A stretch of 20,567 nt of DNA from Pseudobdellovibrionaceae bacterium (GTDB taxonomy: Bacteria; Bdellovibrionota; Bdellovibrionia; Bdellovibrionales; Bdellovibrionaceae), in NCBI GenBank assembly GCA_039810425.1, contig JBDHWW010000050.1:1-20567 (forward strand), in the 5' to 3' direction. Below are positions 8,919 to 16,748 of this stretch, one piece after another; position 1 is the stretch's first letter, and every line of letters starts with the position of its first letter. The notes beneath the pieces are model-generated. The model searched no databases. It worked only from the letters and a program-made list of their open reading frames with translations, and was not told where the DNA came from. The translations under genes were made by a program, and so were the position numbers.

Positions 8919-10088
8919 CTACAATGACAAGTGGAGCTGCGCTTGCAACATCCACTGGTCCTTGGAAACAGTTGTATCCGCGATCGAACGGCCATTCACA
9001 AATGTGGTTCTAAACTCCACACGCGGCGCCGGAAACATCAAAAGACCGAACGTCCAACGGGTCATATCCGGAGTTTCCGGCGACAAAGTGGCATTGTAGT
9101 ACTCAATTTGCGAAAGCAGATTGTAACCGCGAGTGATGAGGTAAAGACCTTCCAGCATCAAGTAGCCACCCATTTTTTTATTGGGTGCAATGAAGGGACT
9201 ATCTTGCACAAAGCCGACCTCGGTCAGCAAGCTGTTCCCTTTATCAAGACCGAGCTTGGAGTGAATTTCCAAACGCTTCTTTTCGACGTAGTTGTTTTTA
9301 GACTGCAGGTAGGCGAGGCCGACACGGTTTTTCTCCGCCACATCGTACTCAAACATCAACGAACCACCTTTTTGACGAACATCGGCGCTCTCTTGGGCAA
9401 TATTTCCGAAGAAAGCATTGCCCGTGAGCTCCCAAGAGCCACCGTAATATTGGACGATGACCGCGTCGGATTGGTCATTTTGCGCCACGCCCGTGACGGC
9501 ACGGCTGTAAGCTGTATGGTCGATGTTGCGAATTCCATAAACTTTGTCCATCAAGCCAATATAAGTGAAGAGCTTCTTCATCGGTTGCCAGCGGAAGTAA
9601 TGCTCGCGGGAGATGAGGTTCTTGTCGTTAGGCTCTTTATTCGCCTGCTGGGCCATGGGTGTCGGCTGATAACCGCCAGAAACCACGAAGAGATATTTTG
9701 CCTCTGGGTCCAATTGGATGGCGACGTTCAGGTCCGCTTGCATCGTTACATACTTTTTAACCGCCGCTTGGCTGCCTGGATTGTTCACGAAATAAAGGCC
9801 TCGGTATTTGACCCCTGGGCGGATCCACCAAGGCAATTCCTTGGAGCCCAAGAAGCCTGATTTTGCGGCAATTTCTTCTTCAGAAAGCGCGCTGTTGAAT
9901 ACCTTGCGGGAGGCGATCTCGGTCGTAAAAAGCGCCCGGCCGTAGTCATTCAATGGGCCATTTCCTTGACTATTATAGTGGCACGTCAAACAGGAATTAT
10001 ACCCGTAAGAAATAAAATCGGGATAAGCCTCGCTCGTTTGGGGGGCAAAAATCCCAGCCAATACCAAAATCGGAAGTAGTAAAATCAC
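8919..10088 (-). CDS. Fused monoheme cytochrome c-porin (Cyc2/ExtI-like architecture)
   Basis: GTG start with SD GAGG. Signal peptide, then AYPDFISYGYNSCLTCHYNSQGNGPLNDYGRALF (PxF...CxxCH...LxxxGR), then about 16 amphipathic beta-strands ending WMLQAQLHLSL. Confidence 0.75.
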   Translation of the reverse strand: MILLLPILVLAGIFAPQTSEAYPDFISYGYNSCLTCHYNSQGNGPLNDYGRALFTTEIASRKVFNSALSEEEIAAKSGFLGSKELPWWIRPGVKYRGLYFVNNPGSQAAVKKYVTMQADLNVAIQLDPEAKYLFVVSGGYQPTPMAQQANKEPNDKNLISREHYFRWQPMKKLFTYIGLMDKVYGIRNIDHTAYSRAVTGVAQNDQSDAVIVQYYGGSWELTGNAFFGNIAQESADVRQKGGSLMFEYDVAEKNRVGLAYLQSKNNYVEKKRLEIHSKLGLDKGNSLLTEVGFVQDSPFIAPNKKMGGYLMLEGLYLITRGYNLLSQIEYYNATLSPETPDMTRWTFGLLMFPAPRVEFRTTFVNGRSIADTTVSKDQWMLQAQLHLSL

Positions 10089-10113
10089 GCTGCAACCTCA
10101 TTGAATGCCCCTC

Positions 10114-10142
10114 AGTGTATGGGTGCTTTTTCTTAGGGGCAA
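10114..10142 (-). promoter_or_regulatory. Putative sigma70 promoter of the cytochrome-porin operon, overlapped by an inverted repeat
   Basis: Minus strand TTGCCC (10142-10137)-N17-TACACT (10119-10114). Inverted repeat arms TGCCCCTCAG (10106-10115) and CTTAGGGGCA (10132-10141) match 9/10. Confidence 0.55.
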
Positions 10143-10269
10143 ACCAAAAATTGTCACAATGGCCGGAACTTTGTCACTCCGGGCCTAGCTATGGACATCC
10201 TAGCGCAAGGCGCTTAAGAATTCGAGGGACTTATAATTGCATCTCCGGTGCCCGTGCGAGGAGCGTGAA

Positions 10270-11991
10270 ATGCAAATGAAACGGCTTAAACTAACAGCAG
10301 CGATACTGGGTTGGACCCTGTCCTCGATGGCCTTTGCCCAACAGGACCGGTCTCCCGTTGTAGCTAATAAGCATTTTATTAATAATGCGGTTCAAGTGCA
10401 GATCACTCCCCGCGGTCTGAAGTATTTCGAAACCCAGCTTTCCACGATTCTCGGGAATCTAGGTTACAACTTCTCTGAAGGTTACTTCCCGGCCCAGAAA
10501 ATCGTCTCGGAAAAACCAATTGATATGAATGAACTCGGGAAAAAAAATCCGGAGTTACTAAAAACATACCTTATGGTGAAAGACATGCTGACAAAGTGGC
10601 TTGTCGGCTTCTCTTTGACGGATCACCGCCCGGTTGTGGAGATCGGTGATTCAGGTTACACCGCCGCCTTCACGCGCTTTGCTTTGATTACAGATGAAAA
10701 CCTCATGAATCAGCTCGGCAAACGTGACGGTGCTGTTTTGGCGATCGACCTCGAGGTGAAACGCCTGACTGTGGCGACTCAGGCAGTGCGGGTGTGGGAT
10801 ATGAACAACCTTTCTTTCGTCAAAGTCGGCATGGATGACGTGAGCATCACCGCCGGCGACGATAAAACTCCATTAAAAGTCCGTCTGCCCTTTTATATTC
10901 GTATGAACGCCCAAGGAAATATCGATTTCGAAGCGCTTGAGATTCAAGAAAACCTCGCAGATATTCCTTTGACCGTTAAATATAAGAAATTAATTATTCC
11001 ACAAGTGGCTGTCGAAATCGATGGACACAAATATGTGATGAACGCCGACCAGCTCCGCCAGACTATCGATGAACAATTGCCAACCATCCTGGTGGAGGTC
11101 CGCAAGTACTTGGGTGACTTCGCCAAGAAACAGCTTCCGGATATGCTCGATCAAAAAGTGAAAGAGAATCTTTCTGGTGCGTTGGAACAGGTGCAAGACA
11201 TGGTGGCCCCTGGGCAAGAACCTCACGACGCCCGCCCGGCATTCAAGTGGGGTTTGAAATTGACGGACTTCCGGCTAAAACAATCGCTTGGTATCAGTTT
11301 GGCGGCTTACGCCGAAGACCCGGTGAATCCGAATGTCAATCTGGCTCCAGGTATGGGCTCTCGAGGAGTGCCAACTTTAAACCACCTGCCCCTCGCAAAC
11401 TATGATATTGCTATGACGTTGGATCGCGGCCTGATAAATAGAATTTTACAACTGAGTTTTTTGCGCAAAAATTTTGAAAAAATTCCGCAGTCCGATGGCA
11501 CTTCTCTCAAGTTGACGGAGGCCCCGCTATTGGATTATATCACTCCACCAGCGGCGACGACAGAGAAGGAAACTTTTCTGAAGCTGAAAGTCAGCGTGGA
11601 GGTCGAACCGAACAAACCCCTCTGGCTGGATGACAAGGTGGTTCTGTCTTTCGATCTTGTCTGCAAACTACGCCACCCGCAAAAAGGTGGCGAGGGCATG
11701 GAAATCGCCCAACAATACATCGATACGAATTCCGTTGTGATGGATAAAAAATATTTAACCATCGCTGGAAAAATCGCCGAGAGTCTTGGTGGTCAAGTGA
11801 CCAAAGGGATCAAGGAAGAACTCAAAACCCGCAGTAAAGACTGGGTTAAGAATAATGAAACAATTCCGGGTTCTCTGGATCTCCCGCCAGCGTTCTTGGG
11901 AATGAAATTAGATATACAAAAAGTAACAATGGACCCAAATGGTCATCTTTTGATGTACCTCAATTACAAAAACGCTTTAGGAGTAAAATAA
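10270..11991 (+). CDS. Secreted protein with BPI/LBP/CETP (TULIP)-like lipid-binding signatures
   Basis: 573 aa from ATG 10270 (SD GAGGAG; TATAAT at 10232-10237). Sec signal ending MAFA. AVQVQITPRGLKYF resembles the start of the BPI/LBP N-domain; YDIAMTLDRGLINRILQLSF resembles the start of the C-domain; terminal DPNGHLLMYLNY strand. CDS is secure, fold is inferred. Confidence 0.6.
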   Translation: MQMKRLKLTAAILGWTLSSMAFAQQDRSPVVANKHFINNAVQVQITPRGLKYFETQLSTILGNLGYNFSEGYFPAQKIVSEKPIDMNELGKKNPELLKTYLMVKDMLTKWLVGFSLTDHRPVVEIGDSGYTAAFTRFALITDENLMNQLGKRDGAVLAIDLEVKRLTVATQAVRVWDMNNLSFVKVGMDDVSITAGDDKTPLKVRLPFYIRMNAQGNIDFEALEIQENLADIPLTVKYKKLIIPQVAVEIDGHKYVMNADQLRQTIDEQLPTILVEVRKYLGDFAKKQLPDMLDQKVKENLSGALEQVQDMVAPGQEPHDARPAFKWGLKLTDFRLKQSLGISLAAYAEDPVNPNVNLAPGMGSRGVPTLNHLPLANYDIAMTLDRGLINRILQLSFLRKNFEKIPQSDGTSLKLTEAPLLDYITPPAATTEKETFLKLKVSVEVEPNKPLWLDDKVVLSFDLVCKLRHPQKGGEGMEIAQQYIDTNSVVMDKKYLTIAGKIAESLGGQVTKGIKEELKTRSKDWVKNNETIPGSLDLPPAFLGMKLDIQKVTMDPNGHLLMYLNYKNALGVK

Positions 11992-11992
11992 C

Positions 11993-12505
11993 ATGAGATC
12001 CCTTCCATTCTTTTTCATCAATGCGCTGACTTTGATTCTAGGCCTGGGTTTGATGAGTGGATCTTTTTCCGCAAACGACGCACAAGCCGCACCGTCGGAA
12101 ACAGTTCAAACAATTCAGATCCAAAAACTCGGCAATTTTAAAGGCCAGTACCTGACAGCGTTCTACGCTGTCGGCACCCGCCCTTTTCTGTCGACGGACT
12201 CTAGCCAATTCACCCTGTCTGAAGTCAAAGTGGCTAAAACCATGGTGGTCAATGCGGACTTCGTAACATTGCCGCCAGTGGATTTGCAAAAGCAAGGCTT
12301 CCGCCCGGGTTACAACCTCTTGGTGGTTGCGATTTCCCCGGCTCCCGATTTCAGTTACGTGAATGCCGACGGTTCCGCGATCACGGGCATGCCAAACACC
12401 ACAAATCATCGCGCAACGATCATTCGCTCGTTCTCAAAAGCTGAAATCGAGTCCCTCGCATCCGGCCAAGGCCTGCCGGAAGGTTTGATCCTGACTTTGC
12501 AATAA
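11993..12505 (+). CDS. Secreted hypothetical protein
   Basis: 170 aa; hydrophobic signal ending AQA; starts 1 bp after the upstream stop with SD AGGAG (11979-11983); beta-rich; no family recognised. Confidence 0.75.
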   Translation: MRSLPFFFINALTLILGLGLMSGSFSANDAQAAPSETVQTIQIQKLGNFKGQYLTAFYAVGTRPFLSTDSSQFTLSEVKVAKTMVVNADFVTLPPVDLQKQGFRPGYNLLVVAISPAPDFSYVNADGSAITGMPNTTNHRATIIRSFSKAEIESLASGQGLPEGLILTLQ

Positions 12506-12533
12506 TTTTCGCAGCTGCGGAAAGTTCTCTTTT

Positions 12534-12566
12534 AAAAGGCGTCTTAACGGGCGCCTTTTTCTTTTT
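12534..12566. terminator. Intrinsic terminator between convergent genes, probably bidirectional
   Basis: AAAAGGCGTCT-TAAC-GGGCGCCTTTT hairpin (two G-U pairs), followed by TCTTTTT on the + strand and preceded by an A-run. Confidence 0.8.
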
Positions 12567-12582
12567 CGAGTGTGCCTCCGGA

Positions 12583-14196
12583 CTACAAAAACGAGCCCGT
12601 GAGGAAAGCGTTTTGCTGAGCCTTCTCTGCGGCTGCAATTCCGGCCTCGATGGCGCCGTTCATTGTGCCTGAGTCGGCGAAACTCCAGTGTTCACCGCCG
12701 ATGAAGAAGTTTTCTTTAAGACCTTCTTCACTGAGCGCTTCGAGAAATTTCAAATAATTTCCAGGGGCCAGGTTGAGACGAGAACCCTTGGCATAAGGCT
12801 TTTGGTTCCAGTTCACGACCAACGCGCTTTCCTCAGGCGCCAGGTCTTTGTAGAAGTTCTTCAGATCCTGAACCGTTTCCTGCGCCCCACCGACACCCGT
12901 CGACTGGCCAACACTGCCCCCACGCTGAGAGGTCAGCAAACCGCGTGTCCCCTCTTGCCCGCGCGAGCTATCCCAGTAACTTTGGCCCAAAAGCTGGCCG
13001 CGAAAAGCCCCCTGAAAGTTCGGTGTCGTCTTGTTTTTCTTTTTCCACGGCGGCTCCCGGAACGTGCTGATAACTTTCGAATGGGTGGCATAAGAGGCCT
13101 CCGCGATGCATTCTCTGGTTTTTCCGAGTTGCAGCGTTTGCACACCGTCAATGTCCTTCAAAATAGAGAATGGCAGAGTACAAATAATCTGGCGAGCCCA
13201 AATAGTGTCAGACCCTTTCGCCGAGCGGAAGGTGCACTCGTAACCTCCAGATTTTGCGCGAACTGAAATCAGCTGATAACCGAGTTTTAAGTTTGCATCC
13301 GGCACAATTCCTTGCACACGTTCCCCCAGAACCTGCGCCATGCGAGACATACCGCCTTCCACACGATAGAATTTCGGCGCCGTCACGCGGTTTGCACGCT
13401 CCTCAAGGTCGAGCCTCACGAGGAAGTGCAGCAAGTTGATATTTTTGCTGTCAACGCCCCACTCAGCCACGCACAGATTTTCAAAGCACCGCAAAGTGCC
13501 CTCGTCCATGCCGCCACGAACCGAGCCCAGCAAGTCCGCCAGCGACTGTCGGTCCAATTCCTTCAAAGCCGGACTCATGATCAGAGAGCGCGCGTTGATT
13601 TCCGTTGAGAATGAAGCAAACGCATCCACTTTGGTCTGCGCGAGCTGGGCGATCAGCGGCTTTAAGTTTTTGCGGAACTCTTTTTCGCCGACGACTTTGC
13701 CGTTTAGCCAATACAAGGCACGGTCGACTTTTGGGTCGTAAGTAATTTCTTGAGTTGCAAGATTCAACTCCTTGCAGAGCTGATGCACGGAGGCGTGCGA
13801 GGCTTCAAAGAATTCCGCACCCAACTCGGCGTACTGCTCCTCGGGATTGGCATGCAACATCGTTTGGATGCGACCACCGATGCGTTCCGAGGCCTCAAAA
13901 ACACGATAGGTAATTTTATTTTTCTTTAAGTGATAGGCAGCGGACAGGCCGGCAATCCCAGCCCCCAGAACCATCACTTCTTGTTCCAAGTGATTGCTGT
14001 CCCCGACAACCCAACGGTCGAAGCTCGAGCATCCGCCCAAAGCGACGGTCGCAGCCGAGCCGCAGGCGATCACTCCAGCAGAGCCGTAGGCTGTTTTAGT
14101 TAAAAACTCACGGCGGGATGGGGAAAACGCTTTTGTCTTCGTCATTTCCTCCGTCAGGATTTTCATCAGGTTTTTAAAAGCTCTCGTACGCGCCAT
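12583..14196 (-). CDS. Flavin monoamine/amino-acid oxidase family FAD-dependent oxidoreductase, Tat lipoprotein
   Basis: SRREFL twin-arginine motif and lipobox LGG-C; GAGIAG FAD motif, EASERIGGR, ELGAEFF, C-terminal GEH...GTMNGAIEAG. Confidence 0.88.
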   Translation of the reverse strand: MARTRAFKNLMKILTEEMTKTKAFSPSRREFLTKTAYGSAGVIACGSAATVALGGCSSFDRWVVGDSNHLEQEVMVLGAGIAGLSAAYHLKKNKITYRVFEASERIGGRIQTMLHANPEEQYAELGAEFFEASHASVHQLCKELNLATQEITYDPKVDRALYWLNGKVVGEKEFRKNLKPLIAQLAQTKVDAFASFSTEINARSLIMSPALKELDRQSLADLLGSVRGGMDEGTLRCFENLCVAEWGVDSKNINLLHFLVRLDLEERANRVTAPKFYRVEGGMSRMAQVLGERVQGIVPDANLKLGYQLISVRAKSGGYECTFRSAKGSDTIWARQIICTLPFSILKDIDGVQTLQLGKTRECIAEASYATHSKVISTFREPPWKKKNKTTPNFQGAFRGQLLGQSYWDSSRGQEGTRGLLTSQRGGSVGQSTGVGGAQETVQDLKNFYKDLAPEESALVVNWNQKPYAKGSRLNLAPGNYLKFLEALSEEGLKENFFIGGEHWSFADSGTMNGAIEAGIAAAEKAQQNAFLTGSFL

Positions 14197-14267
14197 GGTG
14201 GTTATTTTGGCGCGGTTTTTAGTCCAGAGGCAAAGAAAAAGTCTCGGTTTTTGGCGATTTCTAGAGT

Positions 14268-14891
14268 ATGAACAACGTCATGCAAGCCCGCGACCCACTC
14301 TTTGAATCTCTCGAGGAAAAAGGCTGGGCGTTTTCCGATGACATCATGCCAAAGGAACTCGCCGACGCACTTTTATCCGAATGCCAGAAGTCATGGCAGG
14401 ATGGACTTTTCCGCGGAGCCCAGATCGGCCGTGGACAAAGTAAAAATCTCGACTCTGAAATCCGGGGCGACTCCATTTTGTGGTTAAATTATGAGCAAAC
14501 CGAGAGTGCCGGCTCCCATTTTCTGCAATGGGCCGCCGAGCTCCGCCGCGAACTCAATCAGCGGTACTACTTGGGACTGAATTCCGCAGAGTTCCACTTT
14601 GCCCGCTATCCCGCGGGAACAGGCTACCACAAGCACATTGATCAACACCGCGGAACTTTGGCGCGCAAAATCTCGTTGGTTCTATACCTCAATCCACAAT
14701 GGGGAGCCGAAGATGGCGGTGAGCTTTGCATCTACGATCCGCGGAACGAATCTTTAGAAGTTCAACGAATTTTGCCAAAAGGCGGACGGCTCTTGCTCTT
14801 TCGCAGCGACCTTATTCCACACGCGGTTTTGCCGTGCTTCCAAACGCGCTGGAGCTTGACCGGCTGGTTTCGAACGGACCGTTTCTCTTAG
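14268..14891 (+). CDS. 2OG-Fe(II) oxygenase, EglN/PHD (SM-20)-like prolyl hydroxylase family
   Basis: IRGDSILW, HFARYPAGTGYHKHID (HxD), ISLVLYLN, GGEL, PHAVLP (distal His), RWSLTGWF (2OG-binding Arg). Start may be 14268 or 14280. Confidence 0.9.
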   Translation: MNNVMQARDPLFESLEEKGWAFSDDIMPKELADALLSECQKSWQDGLFRGAQIGRGQSKNLDSEIRGDSILWLNYEQTESAGSHFLQWAAELRRELNQRYYLGLNSAEFHFARYPAGTGYHKHIDQHRGTLARKISLVLYLNPQWGAEDGGELCIYDPRNESLEVQRILPKGGRLLLFRSDLIPHAVLPCFQTRWSLTGWFRTDRFS

Positions 14892-14917
14892 CCTCTACAA
14901 CCTTGCCAATACGACCT

Positions 14918-14953
14918 TTGACACCGCTCCCAAAAGGAGTAGGATCTGCTCCT
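14918..14953 (+). promoter_or_regulatory. Putative sigma70 promoter and overlapping palindrome for the ABC transporter pair
   Basis: TTGACA (14918-14923)-N16-TAGGAT (14940-14945); inverted repeat AGGAGTAG-GAT-CTGCTCCT (14935-14953). Confidence 0.55.
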
Positions 14954-14954
14954 G

Positions 14955-16748
14955 ATGAAGCCGCTCATTTACGATGTTATTTTCACGAGAATTCATGCAC
15001 GCATACTCATCGTCTTGAGTTCCTTGGCGGCCACGGTCTTTGCGCTCTTCGGCCCTTACTTTCAAAAACTTTTTGTCGATGCCTTGACCGGTGCTCCCGC
15101 CACGCTGCCGATGGGCATGCCGGCAGGACCGGTTGCACTGATCACCTTGGCCTTTATCAGCGTCTTTGTCTCGCAGATTTTGTTTCAAGCCTCGAATTAT
15201 CTCGGCATGAGTGAGTCCGTTTACATGCAAGGAGTCTTTTCACAACGAATTTATAAAAAGACTTTAGATTTGCGGGTGGATACAATGAGCAGCCGGCCGG
15301 TCGGCGAGATCATCCAGATTTATGCAACCGATATTCCAGGCTCGACCATTTTGTTGGAACAAACGCTGACTGCGGGCGCCTCCACACTCTTCCCGCTCAT
15401 CCTGGCGCCCTTTGCGATTTCATTGATTTATGATTTACCGCTGTTTCCGACCTTGATCCTCATGGCGCTTATTGCCGCATTGAATAGTTTTATGGCCTTC
15501 CGCCAGTCGAAGTTCTTCTATCGCTTTAAGCAACTCGCCGGCGACCGCATTGCTTTGGTCAACGAGTGGATTCAAAACATCCGCACCATTCGCATCTTGG
15601 GCTGGATCTCTTATTTTGAAAAAAACATCTTCGCCAAACGCCAAGTGGAAACGAAGAACCGCGTGATCATGGTGACCAACGGTCAGGTGATGAACGCCCT
15701 TTCAAGCTCCATCACCTTCATTCTCAACGTCGTCACTTTGGCGTCGCTGATTTACTACTCCAAGCGCCAAGTCACGAGTGGCGAGCTGCTCGCGCTTCTT
15801 TGGATTGTCGGCGTGTTCTTGACTCGCCCGTTCCGTCAGATGCCTTGGTTCTTTACCTTTGCGTTTGATGCGTGGACTTCGCTGGCGCGGCTTGAAAGCT
15901 TCTTACGCGTGACGAATGAAAATTCAGCGGCCAACCCAAACGCTGACCATGATTCCCCCGGAGCCGGGAACAACGTCCTTGACGCTGACCAAACCGGTGA
16001 TGTAGCGCTAGAGGTGAAAAACCTCCACCTTGCCATTGGCGGCAAGGACATTCTTAGCGATATCAACCTGAGTGTCCGTGAGGGCGAATTCGTGGCCATC
16101 GTCGGCGAAGTCGGCGCCGGCAAATCAATGCTCTTGTTATCTCTGCTTGGCGAGACCGGCGCGCAAGTTGATAGCTATCAAATCCAGGGCAAGAACGCGG
16201 CGACGATGAGCCTGCACGCTCTGCGCGGGCACTATGCCTATGTTCCGCAGGAGGGCTTCATTATGAGCGCGAGTCTGCGTGAGAACGTGGCTTTCTTGTA
16301 CGACATCGAAGCCGAAAGGGATAACGATGTCGAAGAGTCCTTACGCCTGGCGCAGTTTGAAATCTTTAAAGAGCGCGTAGAAAATGGTCTTGCCACCGAA
16401 ATCGGTGAGCGGGGCGTGAATCTTTCCGGCGGCCAAAAACAGCGCGTGAGCCTTGCCCGCGTGCATTTCCATAAGGCGCCGATTTTGCTCCTCGATGACT
16501 GCTTGAGTGCGGTCGATGTCGATACCGAGGAAAGGCTCTTTGACCAACTTCTTGACGGCGCTTGGGGCGAGCGCACGCGCCTATTGGTCACCCACCGTCT
16601 CAGCGTTCTTCACCGCGTGGACAGAATCTTCTTTATGCAAAACGGCCGCATTGTTGACCAAGGTAAGTTCAACGAACTTATGAGCCGTTCACCGCTCTTC
16701 CGTGAATTCACTCAAAGTGTCGAGGAGACCGCCCATGTCGAAGCCTAA
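14955..16748 (+). CDS. ABC exporter half-transporter (TMD+NBD), ABCC/MRP TMD1-NBD1-like
   Basis: About 6 TM segments; Walker A GEVGAGKS, Q-loop AYVPQE, TEIGERGVNLSGGQKQRVSLAR, degenerate Walker B LLLDDCLSAVD, H-loop LVTH. Confidence 0.92.
   Translation: MKPLIYDVIFTRIHARILIVLSSLAATVFALFGPYFQKLFVDALTGAPATLPMGMPAGPVALITLAFISVFVSQILFQASNYLGMSESVYMQGVFSQRIYKKTLDLRVDTMSSRPVGEIIQIYATDIPGSTILLEQTLTAGASTLFPLILAPFAISLIYDLPLFPTLILMALIAALNSFMAFRQSKFFYRFKQLAGDRIALVNEWIQNIRTIRILGWISYFEKNIFAKRQVETKNRVIMVTNGQVMNALSSSITFILNVVTLASLIYYSKRQVTSGELLALLWIVGVFLTRPFRQMPWFFTFAFDAWTSLARLESFLRVTNENSAANPNADHDSPGAGNNVLDADQTGDVALEVKNLHLAIGGKDILSDINLSVREGEFVAIVGEVGAGKSMLLLSLLGETGAQVDSYQIQGKNAATMSLHALRGHYAYVPQEGFIMSASLRENVAFLYDIEAERDNDVEESLRLAQFEIFKERVENGLATEIGERGVNLSGGQKQRVSLARVHFHKAPILLLDDCLSAVDVDTEERLFDQLLDGAWGERTRLLVTHRLSVLHRVDRIFFMQNGRIVDQGKFNELMSRSPLFREFTQSVEETAHVEA

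Noticed and set aside
8909..8995. Longer upstream starts in the ORF track (8995; also 7307, 10237, 16702, 18712)
   Set aside because: Downstream ATGs (8908, 7328, 10270, 16735, 18736) have well-spaced SD sequences and give proper signal peptides or N-termini.
8931..9860. 309-aa + strand ORF antisense to the cytochrome-porin
   Set aside because: Shadow ORF with no motifs, SD or signal; the opposite strand has a coherent signal peptide, CxxCH and barrel.
12688..13741. Plus-strand ORFs inside the flavin oxidase gene
   Set aside because: Antisense shadows without motifs or start signals.
14208..14223. Sigma54-like TGGCGCGGTTTTTAGT upstream of the 2OG oxygenase
   Set aside because: The invariant -12 GC is absent (AG instead).
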